This document shows positions 20,396 through 29,145 of a DNA stretch of 64,000 bases, one piece after another (within the stretch, counting starts at the first letter, position 1; every line of letters starts with the position of its first letter). The DNA is from Abditibacterium sp. GTDB lineage: Bacteria; Armatimonadota; Abditibacteriia; Abditibacteriales; Abditibacteriaceae. The stretch covers positions 2,464,001 through 2,528,000 of the forward strand of contig CBDASK010000003.1 of assembly GCA_965199495.1 (NCBI GenBank), read 5' to 3'. The notes below the pieces were generated by a model that did not search any database, was not told the origin of the DNA, and worked only from the letters and a program-made list of their open reading frames with translations. The position numbers and the translations under genes were made by a program.

Positions 20396-21417
20396 CGCGC
20401 CGCCTCGCGCGCTTTGCTCAACTGCACGCGCGCCGCCACGACGACTTCGGCGGGCGCAATCGCCGCCAGACAGGAGCAATGCGACTCGAACGCGCATTTG
20501 GCGAGCGGCAAATTTTGGCAAACCGCGTTATGTTCGAGCGCGATATGCCCGCGATGCGGCACCATGCGAAGCGCCGCCGGAACGAGGCCAAACAACGCGA
20601 CGGTCGGCGTATCAACGGCCATCGCGAGGTGCATTGGCCCGGTATCGCCGGAAATAAAAGTCGCGCAACGTTCGATGAGCGCCGCCGATTGGCGCGGCGA
20701 AAACTCGCCCGCCGCAATAATTAGCGGCGCGCTGACCAGCGTTTTTAATTCTTCGATCATCGGCAAATCGTTTGGCCCGCCGAAGACGATAATTTGCGCC
20801 TCGTCGCTCAATGCGTTGGCGACTGCCGCGAAATTTGACACGCTCCAACGCCGCCGCTCGACACTGGCGCCCATGTTAAGACCAACCAATGGTTTTTCCA
20901 CGCCAACGTTTTGGTCGCCCAGCCAACGAACAGCCACGGCGCGTTCGTCGTCGGAAATTCGCAGCAATCCAACGTAATCGGTTCGCCTCGCCGGAGCGCC
21001 CAACGCGCGCGCCATTTCCAGATCGAGCGCCGTAGATTGCAAACCGTCCCACGGCACTTTGAGATTGAGCGTGAAGGTATGTTTGGTCGGCGCGAACCCC
21101 GCGCGCACGCGAGCGCCCGATAATTTCGCCATCGCCGCGACGCGAAAGGTGCTGGAAAAACAGACCGCGACATCGGGTTTTTCGCGCCGAATTTGGGCCA
21201 GCGCGCGCAGGTTATCGCGCCATTTGCGCTGGTGCAAAATTAACCCATCGGCCAATCCGGCGCCCTCGAACAAATTCATTGGCAACGGAGCCGCCACGCA
21301 GATAATGCGCGCGTCCGGCCAACGCGCCCGCATCGCCAATATCGCCGGGAACGAACCCAGCGCATCGCCCATATGACGATGGTTGAAAATAACGAGGGTG
21401 CGCGGCTCAAAATTCAT
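20392..21417 (-). CDS. Glycosyltransferase family 9 (heptosyltransferase-like)
   Basis: HMGDA, RRW, FGGP, ISGDTGPMHLA, ALFG; paralogue of 17974-18999. Confidence 0.9.
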   Translation of the reverse strand: MNFEPRTLVIFNHRHMGDALGSFPAILAMRARWPDARIICVAAPLPMNLFEGAGLADGLILHQRKWRDNLRALAQIRREKPDVAVCFSSTFRVAAMAKLSGARVRAGFAPTKHTFTLNLKVPWDGLQSTALDLEMARALGAPARRTDYVGLLRISDDERAVAVRWLGDQNVGVEKPLVGLNMGASVERRRWSVSNFAAVANALSDEAQIIVFGGPNDLPMIEELKTLVSAPLIIAAGEFSPRQSAALIERCATFISGDTGPMHLAMAVDTPTVALFGLVPAALRMVPHRGHIALEHNAVCQNLPLAKCAFESHCSCLAAIAPAEVVVAARVQLSKAREAAR

Positions 21418-21457
21418 GCGGAAAAGCGGACGATAGTTTAGCCCGCACTTCGTTGGT

Positions 21458-22786
21458 TTAACCGATGCCCAGCAGGCTCGTTATCAACAAAATCAACGTC
21501 AAAACGATCAGAATTATCACCGTCGTCCACGCGACCAAATTGCCCCACAAGCCGTTGACGTAATCTTTCATCAAGCGTTTGTCGTTGACCAATTTCAACA
21601 TGAAAATCAGCACGACCGGCAGCAGCATACCGTTGAGATTTTGCGAAATCAGCATCGCCGATAAGGGCGAAATGCCGGGTAGCAAAACCGTGGCGGCGCC
21701 AATGAACAAAGTCGCCGAGAAGATGCCGTAAAAGAGCGGCGCCTGTTTGCTGGTTTTTTGCAAACCGATTTCCCAGCCGAACGCCTCGCACCACGTATAA
21801 GCCGTCGCCAGTGGTAACACGGCGGCGGCGAGCAACGACGCCGCCAGCAAGCCGACGGCGAACAAAGTCGTGCCGATGTGTCCGAGCGGAATCGAAAGTG
21901 CCTGTGCGATTTGTTCGGTGCTTTCGACTTTGAGTTGCCCGCTTTTGACGAGCGGATACAACGTGGCTGCGGTGCAGACGATGATGAACCAGCCGACCAA
22001 ATCGGTGACAAAAGCGCCCAGATAAACGTCGGCTTTTTGGTAGCGGTAACCCGCCACGCGAATGCCTCTGTCCACCATATTCGATTGCAAAAAGAACTGC
22101 ATCCACGGCGCGATGGTGGTGCCGACGACGCCGACGCAGAGCAGCAAAAACGCGCTGTCGCCGGTAAAATTGGGCGTCACGGTTTGATGCAAAATCTGCG
22201 GCCACGTCACGCCCGAATCGGGTTTGCCGACGGCTTCGATGGCAGCGATGACGTAAGTGACTTGAATCAGGCAGATCGCCAAAAATATGCGTTCGACAAT
22301 GCGAAATGGGCCGCGCGTGACCAAAAGCCACATGAACAAAGCAGCCACCGGGACGGTGAGCCATTTGGATAAACCGAACAGTTCGCCCGCCGCGATGACT
22401 CCGGCGAACTCGGCGACGACGGTGGCGGTGTTGGCCACGAACATCACGCCCAGAGCGAACAGCGTCCACGAAACGCCGTATTGTTCGCGAATTAATTCGC
22501 CCAAACCTTTTTGCGTGACGGCGCCCATACGCGCGGCCATCTCCTGCACGAGGGCCAAAACAAAAGTAATAGCGACCAGCAGAAACAGCATCCGGTAGCC
22601 GTAATTGGCGCCCGCGTAGGAATAGGTGCCGATGCCACCCGCATCGTTGCCCGCCAAAGCCGAAATTAGGCCGGGGCCGAGCGCGGCCATGTATAAACCC
22701 AAAGTGGAGCGCGAGGGAAAACGTTGGCGCAACCCCGCTAAACGCGATGGGAGTTTGGTGCGGACGTTGGGAGGAACTGTGGCCAT
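21458..22786 (-). CDS. NRAMP-family divalent metal transporter, NRMT (Mg2+)-like subtype
   Basis: GPGLI..GNDAGG, QEMAARMG, GTTIAPW, about 11 TM helices; GGAGG upstream. Confidence 0.85.
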   Translation of the reverse strand: MATVPPNVRTKLPSRLAGLRQRFPSRSTLGLYMAALGPGLISALAGNDAGGIGTYSYAGANYGYRMLFLLVAITFVLALVQEMAARMGAVTQKGLGELIREQYGVSWTLFALGVMFVANTATVVAEFAGVIAAGELFGLSKWLTVPVAALFMWLLVTRGPFRIVERIFLAICLIQVTYVIAAIEAVGKPDSGVTWPQILHQTVTPNFTGDSAFLLLCVGVVGTTIAPWMQFFLQSNMVDRGIRVAGYRYQKADVYLGAFVTDLVGWFIIVCTAATLYPLVKSGQLKVESTEQIAQALSIPLGHIGTTLFAVGLLAASLLAAAVLPLATAYTWCEAFGWEIGLQKTSKQAPLFYGIFSATLFIGAATVLLPGISPLSAMLISQNLNGMLLPVVLIFMLKLVNDKRLMKDYVNGLWGNLVAWTTVIILIVLTLILLITSLLGIG

Positions 22787-22997
22787 AAGTGCGGCTCCTC
22801 CGTGGGCATAACGAGAGCGTTCATAAAGTGAAAAACCTTAGAGGTTATACTCTTTTTTCGCGCGTTTCGCCATCAGGAAATCCACAATTCTCTCCGCAAA
22901 TGAAACGTAATCCATCGGTTTTCTGACATCAAATTCCTCCGTTCTCACGCGTCATGAAGCCGACAAAATTATCTATAATTTGCCGCAGAATTTCCTT

Positions 22998-24857
22998 ATG
23001 TTTCGTTTTTCCTCGTTCACAATTCTGTTGCCTGTTCTGCTTTGCCTCGCGGTCTGCAAGGTGCCGCAGATTCGGGCGCAAACCGCAGAGAAGCCAGCCG
23101 CGTTGCCGCCCAATCAAGCGGTTTTGGCGTCCGACGCGTTGGAAAAAATCAACTGGCCCAACGCGCAAACCTTTGATGTGAACGGCCAAACTTTCGCGCG
23201 CGCTTTGCGCGTGCGCGTGCCGCCAACCCAGGGCGAAAGCAACGCGGTTCAAATCACGATTAACAACGGCGCGCCCGTGAAAAAAGGCGATGTTTTGCTG
23301 GCGACCTTCGCCGCGCGCGGACAAGCCACGGCGCGTGAACCGGGCGCAGAGGCGGGCGCGGCGCAGATCATGTTTCTCTTCGAGGGCAGTTCCGAGCCGT
23401 GGACGAAAAGCGTGACGCGCGGTATTTCGCTGCCGAGCGCAACCGTGTGGCGACGCGTCGCGATTCCGTTTGTCGCGCAGCAAGATTATGCGACGGGCGC
23501 GGCGATGGCCTCGTTGCGGCTGGCGTTTGGCGAGCAAACCATCGAACTCGCCGATTTGCAAGTGCGCGATTTTGGCGACGCCATTTCGCTCGAAAAAATG
23601 CGCGCAATCGCCGCCAATCTGTCGCCTTTGGGCGCGCTCGATGTGACGATAAACGCGGCACACACGCGCCAGACGATGCGCGGTTTGGGCGGTAACTATA
23701 CGGCTGGCGGACGCGAAGGTTGGGGCACGGTCAACGACCATGTCGCGCAATATACGCGCGCCCATCTTCATCCGGTTCATGCGCGCCTTGGTTTTTCGCT
23801 CAAGTTGTGGCAACCCCAAGCCGGTGGCTCGTTCGTGACGGACGGAAAAAACGGCGAAGTGTTGAAAATGGCGGGCGAATTCGCCGCCCGCAAAGTGCCG
23901 ATGACGGCGAGTATTTGGGAAGCGCCCGCTTGGATGACGACTAACGAAGGCGACCGCAAAATCATTCCCGAAGCGCAGTGGGACGCGGCGATTAACGCCA
24001 TCGCGGCGTTTTTGGAGCGCGCGCAAAAACAGGGCGCGCCCATCGAAACGCTGTCGTTTAACGAAGCCGATTGGGGCGTTGATATTCACTGGGCGCCCGC
24101 GCGTCTGGCCGCCTTTATCAAGCGCGCCGCGCCCGAATTCGCGCGGCGCGGTTTGAAGACAAAATGGCTCGTCGGGGACACAACCAGTGGCGCGGCTCTG
24201 GTGGATTACGCGCGCCCACTGCTCGAAGACGCCGAATTGCGCCCATTTCTGGGGCCAATCGCCTTTCATGGCTGGGACGCGCTGGGCGCCAGCGACGCGA
24301 CTTATCGCGCGATTTACCAATTGGCCGCCAAATACCATCGCGAAGTCTGGTGCCTCGAAGCCGGTTCGGACTCGTCGGCGTGGCAACTCGATCCGAAAGT
24401 GTGGCCGACATGGAACTACGCGCTCGACGTGGCTGTGGTCTACGCCGTAACTATCGCCGAGGCGCGCGCGAGTGTCGTGGATTATTGGACGTATCGCGAC
24501 GATTATCCGCTCGTTGACAAAGATAATCAGCCCTATCCGGTTTTCGGGGTTCTGCAGCAATTCAATCGCGCGTTTGGCGCGGGCACGCGAATCGTCGAAG
24601 CGAACGCGCCCAGCGCCGACTTGCGCGTCTTAGCGGGCGTCAAACCCGATGGCACAACGGTGGCAATGCTGATTAATCCCATCGGCGCCGGGCAGGTGAC
24701 ATTGCGCGGATTGAAACCCCATTCTACCGTGACATTCACACTTTCAGACGAAAAAGGGCAGGGCGTGAAATTTTTTGAACAATCAACTGTGAGCGCAAAC
24801 GGCGCCGTCATTTGCGCGTTGCCCGCGCGTTCGATAATGTTTGTCCAAACAAAGTAA
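22998..24857 (+). CDS. Secreted clan GH-A glycoside hydrolase (GH30-like) with N-terminal CBM-like domain
   Basis: Signal peptide; QTMRGLGG, FNEAD (acid/base), FHGW, VWCLEAG (nucleophile), C-terminal LPARS. Confidence 0.7.
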   Translation: MFRFSSFTILLPVLLCLAVCKVPQIRAQTAEKPAALPPNQAVLASDALEKINWPNAQTFDVNGQTFARALRVRVPPTQGESNAVQITINNGAPVKKGDVLLATFAARGQATAREPGAEAGAAQIMFLFEGSSEPWTKSVTRGISLPSATVWRRVAIPFVAQQDYATGAAMASLRLAFGEQTIELADLQVRDFGDAISLEKMRAIAANLSPLGALDVTINAAHTRQTMRGLGGNYTAGGREGWGTVNDHVAQYTRAHLHPVHARLGFSLKLWQPQAGGSFVTDGKNGEVLKMAGEFAARKVPMTASIWEAPAWMTTNEGDRKIIPEAQWDAAINAIAAFLERAQKQGAPIETLSFNEADWGVDIHWAPARLAAFIKRAAPEFARRGLKTKWLVGDTTSGAALVDYARPLLEDAELRPFLGPIAFHGWDALGASDATYRAIYQLAAKYHREVWCLEAGSDSSAWQLDPKVWPTWNYALDVAVVYAVTIAEARASVVDYWTYRDDYPLVDKDNQPYPVFGVLQQFNRAFGAGTRIVEANAPSADLRVLAGVKPDGTTVAMLINPIGAGQVTLRGLKPHSTVTFTLSDEKGQGVKFFEQSTVSANGAVICALPARSIMFVQTK

Positions 24858-24890
24858 TTCCAAATCGCATCGCCACTATTTACTCAATCC

Positions 24891-26780
24891 ATGCTTTCTC
24901 CCACTTCTTCCACTCCGACGACCGGCACTTTGACCGACGCGATTTTGCCGGTCGCCTCGGCCAATTCCAACGAGTTGCTCGTCGAACTTTCGCAGACTTC
25001 GCTCGCCGAGGCCGACGAAATTCTCAAGGCCACGCTCGAAGAAGCGATGCAAGCCGTCGGCGGCACGCGCGCGTTTCTGGCCTTAGTTGACATGGGTTCG
25101 GGTGAACTCGCGCTGCGCTTCACCACGGGCGAAGGCTGGACGGACGAGATTCGGCGGCGCCGCGTCAACGTCGAAAACGCGGCGCATATCGGCAGCGCGC
25201 GGCGCGGCATCACGCGTCACGTCGTGGTCAACAGCAAGCCCTATTGGACGGGCGATGTGCTGGCCGACCCGCATTATATCGGCTTTTTCGACGACGTGAA
25301 ATCCGAAATCGCAATGCCACTGCGCAGCTCGAACGGCGGTACGATTGGCGTGATCAACATCGAATCGCCCGACGCCGATAAGTTCAACGATTCGCACATC
25401 GAAGTTCTGGCGCCGCTCTGCCGCCGCGCCGCGATTATCGTGGCAATGGCCGAGCATCAATTGCGCGAGGAAGCCTTGGTCGCCATTGGCCGCGATTTGA
25501 ACTCCGCCGCCGATCTGGAAATGCTGATTCACGATGTGGTGAATCAGGCGACGAAAATTCTGCGCGCCGAAGATTGTTCGCTGTTTCTGATGGACGAGGC
25601 AGGCGAAATGCTCGAACTCGTCGCCTCGCAAGGCCCGCTCGATAAAGAATCGGGACAGCACACGGTGAAATATCGGTTGGGCGAGGGTTTGACCGGTTGG
25701 GTCGCGCAAAATGGCCGCGTGATTCGCGTGGGCGACCCGCGCACCGATTCGCGTTGGAAGGGCGTTTTCGAGGAAGCGCCGCCCGCCGAAACCGCCGCTT
25801 TGATGGCCGTTCCCGTTCACACGCAGCGCCAGAAAACCGGAGTTTTGCGCGTGGTGCGCCATCGCAAAGGCTCGCTCTATTTTTTGCCGCAAGAGTTCAC
25901 TCAGGCCGACGAAGACATTCTGGTCACGCTGGCGGGCCAACTCGCCGTGGCTATTGATCGGACGCGACTCACCGAGCGGCTTTTGGGCGCCGAACGCATG
26001 GCCGCCTGGGGCGAAATGAGCGCGCGCGCCGCGCACATGATCGGCAATACGGTGTTTGGCGTCAAAGGTCATCTCAACGAACTGAATTACGTTCTCAAAG
26101 AAAGCGAAAAAGACGATGAAGAATGGACGGACGTGAAAGAACTGACCAGCCACGTCACGCGCGGCTTATATCGTTTGGAAGGGATTTTAGGCGAATTTCG
26201 CGATTTCGTGCTGGCGACGCAGCTTCATACGGTTCAAAGCGACATCAACGGAATTTTGAGTAACGTCACCAAAGAAACTTTTCCCAAGCACACCGAAATT
26301 GATTTGATTTTGAGTCTCGCGCCCGATTTGCCGCCGGTTCTGGCCGATGAAGTGAAACTCAAGCGTGCCTTTGGCGAACTCATCGAAAACTCGATTGATT
26401 TTCAGCCCGAAGGTGGCCAACTCACGGTGAAAAGCTCGCTTACGACACAAAAAGCTATCGCTCATCTGACGCGGGCGCAGTTCGCCACGCCGATTGTGCG
26501 CATTGACTTTATAGACCACGGCCCCGGTCTGAGCGAGCAAGACCGCGCGCGCGTTTTCCAGCCGTTTTATACCAAAAAAGCCAAAGGCATGGGATTGGGA
26601 CTTTCGATTGTCAAAGGTATTATCGAGGCGCACGGTGGCGCGATTTTAGAAATCGGCAATGAAGACGAATTAGGAAAAGGCGCGCATTTCGTGGTGTTTT
26701 TGCCGACGGTGAGCGGCAAAGAACGGCGGCCCCGCCACGAAAATAATGGAAGCGGCAAGCAGGAGATGGAGAAAAGCTAA
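24891..26780 (+). CDS. Cytoplasmic GAF-GAF sensor histidine kinase
   Basis: Two GAF domains (SEIAMPL..IGVINIES; GEGLTGWVA), H-box AAHMIGN, ELIENS, DHGPG, FQPFYT, GMGLGL. Confidence 0.9.
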   Translation: MLSPTSSTPTTGTLTDAILPVASANSNELLVELSQTSLAEADEILKATLEEAMQAVGGTRAFLALVDMGSGELALRFTTGEGWTDEIRRRRVNVENAAHIGSARRGITRHVVVNSKPYWTGDVLADPHYIGFFDDVKSEIAMPLRSSNGGTIGVINIESPDADKFNDSHIEVLAPLCRRAAIIVAMAEHQLREEALVAIGRDLNSAADLEMLIHDVVNQATKILRAEDCSLFLMDEAGEMLELVASQGPLDKESGQHTVKYRLGEGLTGWVAQNGRVIRVGDPRTDSRWKGVFEEAPPAETAALMAVPVHTQRQKTGVLRVVRHRKGSLYFLPQEFTQADEDILVTLAGQLAVAIDRTRLTERLLGAERMAAWGEMSARAAHMIGNTVFGVKGHLNELNYVLKESEKDDEEWTDVKELTSHVTRGLYRLEGILGEFRDFVLATQLHTVQSDINGILSNVTKETFPKHTEIDLILSLAPDLPPVLADEVKLKRAFGELIENSIDFQPEGGQLTVKSSLTTQKAIAHLTRAQFATPIVRIDFIDHGPGLSEQDRARVFQPFYTKKAKGMGLGLSIVKGIIEAHGGAILEIGNEDELGKGAHFVVFLPTVSGKERRPRHENNGSGKQEMEKS

Positions 26781-26862
26781 AGCATAAAAGGAGAAATTCT
26801 ACTTTTTATTCTCTATCCTTCGGCTTTCATCCTTTCTCCGTGCCATACTAAACCGTTCAATT

Positions 26863-27324
26863 ATGGGAAAAATTTTAGTGGCCGACGACGAAGATGATGT
26901 GCGGCTTTCGCTCGAACGCAGACTGCGGCGCGATGGACATAATGTCACCATTGCTGGCTCCGAACTCGAAGCGGCGCGCGCCATCGAAGACGCGCCGGTG
27001 CCATTTGACGTAGTTTTGACCGATATGCTGATGGAATCGCCCAATTCGGGCGTCGAAGTTTTAAAGTCGGCGCTGGCGCGCGACGTGTTTACCGAAGTCG
27101 TGGTTCTGACGGCTTATGGCAACGTGACCAACGCCGTCGAGTGCATGAAAATGGGCGCCTTCGATTACATCGAAAAGAACATTCCCGGCGTGGATGTTTA
27201 CGAACTCATCTCGATTAAGATCGAGCAAGCGTTGGAACGACGCCGTTCGAGTTTGTCAACGGTGCGCCGCCTCGAATCGTTCGCCAAAGTCCGCGAAATG
27301 CAGGACGAACACGGCGGAAATTAG
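26863..27324 (+). CDS. Response regulator, receiver domain only
   Basis: ILVADDE, VVLTDMLM, LTAYG, GAFDYIEK. Confidence 0.92.
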   Translation: MGKILVADDEDDVRLSLERRLRRDGHNVTIAGSELEAARAIEDAPVPFDVVLTDMLMESPNSGVEVLKSALARDVFTEVVVLTAYGNVTNAVECMKMGAFDYIEKNIPGVDVYELISIKIEQALERRRSSLSTVRRLESFAKVREMQDEHGGN

Positions 27325-27382
27325 AAGTTAGAAAATGGAAGTTGTCGCGCGACGTGGCTGCTTCTGACCTCTCAAAAGAATC

Positions 27383-27817
27383 ATGGAAGACGAACCTCTG
27401 GAACCGTTGCCTTTTGGCACGCGCGTAGAAATCGGCGGGCGCACGATGCTGCGCCCCGGCTTTTCGCTCGTCGGCTTGACTGGCATGGTTTATCTGCAAT
27501 CGCCCGGCACGCCGCCCGGCTGCACAACGGTTATTGTTGACTGGAAATCGCACGGCTACACGCCCGAAGGCGGCTATCCCGAAGACAGTTTGCCGCCGAT
27601 GGTCAACGTGCCGACCCAACATTTGACGATTTTCGAGGGCGAAGTCGAAGAACCCGAAGTCAAAGCCAAACCGAAATTCGTGCCGCGCCCCGACCGCATT
27701 GACCCGCGCACCGGACGCCCCGCCGACGAAGGCGCATCGGCGCCCGCGCCAACACCAGCCACGCCGGAAGACAAAGACGACGATGAGCCAATACGCCCGG
27801 CGTTGCGGCTGGTTTAG
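27383..27817 (+). CDS. Hypothetical protein (small beta domain plus Pro/acidic tail)
   Basis: 144-aa ORF with genome-typical codon use, followed by a terminator. Confidence 0.65.
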   Translation: MEDEPLEPLPFGTRVEIGGRTMLRPGFSLVGLTGMVYLQSPGTPPGCTTVIVDWKSHGYTPEGGYPEDSLPPMVNVPTQHLTIFEGEVEEPEVKAKPKFVPRPDRIDPRTGRPADEGASAPAPTPATPEDKDDDEPIRPALRLV

Positions 27818-27831
27818 AATGTCAGGCGCAC

Positions 27832-27871
27832 AAAAATGGCGATTGAAACTCAGTTTCAATCGCCATTTTTT
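27832..27871. terminator. Bidirectional intrinsic terminator
   Basis: AAAAATGGCGATTGAAAC-TCA-GTTTCAATCGCCATTTTTT between convergent genes. Confidence 0.88.
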
Positions 27872-27873
27872 GT

Positions 27874-29034
27874 TTAAACGCCCTGCGCGCGCGCCGGGCG
27901 CGTGCCCGCTTTCAAATCATATTTTTGCGTTTTGCCGTCGCTCCACACTTCGACGCTGAGCGGCGCGCCCGGCTTGGCGCTACCAATTAAATTGCGCAGT
28001 TCGCCCGGCGTATCAATTGTTTTTCCGTTGATTTTGGTGATGACATCGGTTCCGCGTTGGCTCCACGGCACCGCTCCGGCGGGCGATTGCGGATAGACGC
28101 CCGTGACCAAAACGCCGTCTTGCAAGCCCAGTTGGTCGCCGATGTCGCCCGTGAGCGGTTGAACCGTGACGCCCAGCCAACCGCGCGTGACGTGGCCGGT
28201 GGCTGCTAACTGCGCGCCGACCGAGTGCGCCAGATTCGCCGGAATCGCCAAGCCGATGCCTTGGTTGCCGCCGCTTTCGCTCAAAATCGCGGAGTTGATG
28301 CCGACCAAATCGCCGTTAATATCAACCAACGCGCCGCCCGAATTGCCGGGGTTAATCGCGGCGTCGGTCTGCAAGAAATCTTCGTAAGCCGAAATACCCA
28401 GATCGCTGCGGCCCTTCGCCGAAATGATGCCTTGCGTCACCGTCGAACTCAAATTGAACGGACTGCCAATCGCCAAAACGATGTCGCCGACGTTGATTTT
28501 GTCGGAATCGGCCCAATTCAAAGTCGGCAAATTCGAGCCTTCGATTTTCAGCATGGCGATGTCGGAATCGGCGTCGGTGCCCAAAAGTTTGGCGGTGAAA
28601 CGGCGCCGGTCGGTCAGCGTGACCGTTATGCGCGTCGCGTTTTTGATGACGTGATTGTTGGTCACGATCAGGCCGCTACCGTCGATAATGACGCCCGAAC
28701 CCAGCGATTGCGCTTTTTGGTCGGGTTCGCGCAATGGGCGCCCGCCGAAACTGCCGTCGCCGAAGAAATCGCTCATCGGATCGCGAAAAACGCGGCCCGG
28801 AATCACGCTTTCCGATTGGATATTGACAACGGCGGGCGTGACCTTGCGCGAAATCTGCGCGTAAGTCGAGGATAACGCCGCCAAATCGTCGGCGTTACGG
28901 ATGGTGTTTTGGGCTTGCGCGGTTTTGTTGATCGAATTGGAATTATGTTGCGCGCAGGCACCAATGACAAAAGAAAGAGCCGCAACTCCCAAAACGGCGG
29001 GCACCAGACGAGGGGAACGAGAATGAATTTTCAT
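27874..29034 (-). CDS. HtrA/DegQ-family serine protease with one PDZ domain
   Basis: GSGVI, TNNHVI, DIA, QTDAAINPGNSGG, RGWLGV. Confidence 0.95.
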   Translation of the reverse strand: MKIHSRSPRLVPAVLGVAALSFVIGACAQHNSNSINKTAQAQNTIRNADDLAALSSTYAQISRKVTPAVVNIQSESVIPGRVFRDPMSDFFGDGSFGGRPLREPDQKAQSLGSGVIIDGSGLIVTNNHVIKNATRITVTLTDRRRFTAKLLGTDADSDIAMLKIEGSNLPTLNWADSDKINVGDIVLAIGSPFNLSSTVTQGIISAKGRSDLGISAYEDFLQTDAAINPGNSGGALVDINGDLVGINSAILSESGGNQGIGLAIPANLAHSVGAQLAATGHVTRGWLGVTVQPLTGDIGDQLGLQDGVLVTGVYPQSPAGAVPWSQRGTDVITKINGKTIDTPGELRNLIGSAKPGAPLSVEVWSDGKTQKYDLKAGTRPARAQGV

Positions 29035-29145
29035 GGCGGGCAGGTCGGCTCAGATTTGGTGCCGAGATTTGGGTTGGAAAGTTCGCCGAGCGCTTTGTGA
29101 CGCGCAGGTGCGCGGAGATTTGTGGAGCGCAGTGACGTTTATTCC

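Noticed and set aside
22738..22930. Metal-sensing riboswitch or Pro-rich leader peptide upstream of the NRAMP-like gene
   Set aside because: No yybP-ykoY or M-box consensus is visible. The short upstream ORF gets most of its Pro codons from overlapping the main gene out of frame.
22929..24560. 543-aa minus-strand ORF, and similar long ORFs at 46841-48139, 50977-52251, 25083-26153 and 32819-33859
   Set aside because: Antisense shadows of well-supported genes in GC-rich DNA, with no recognisable motifs.
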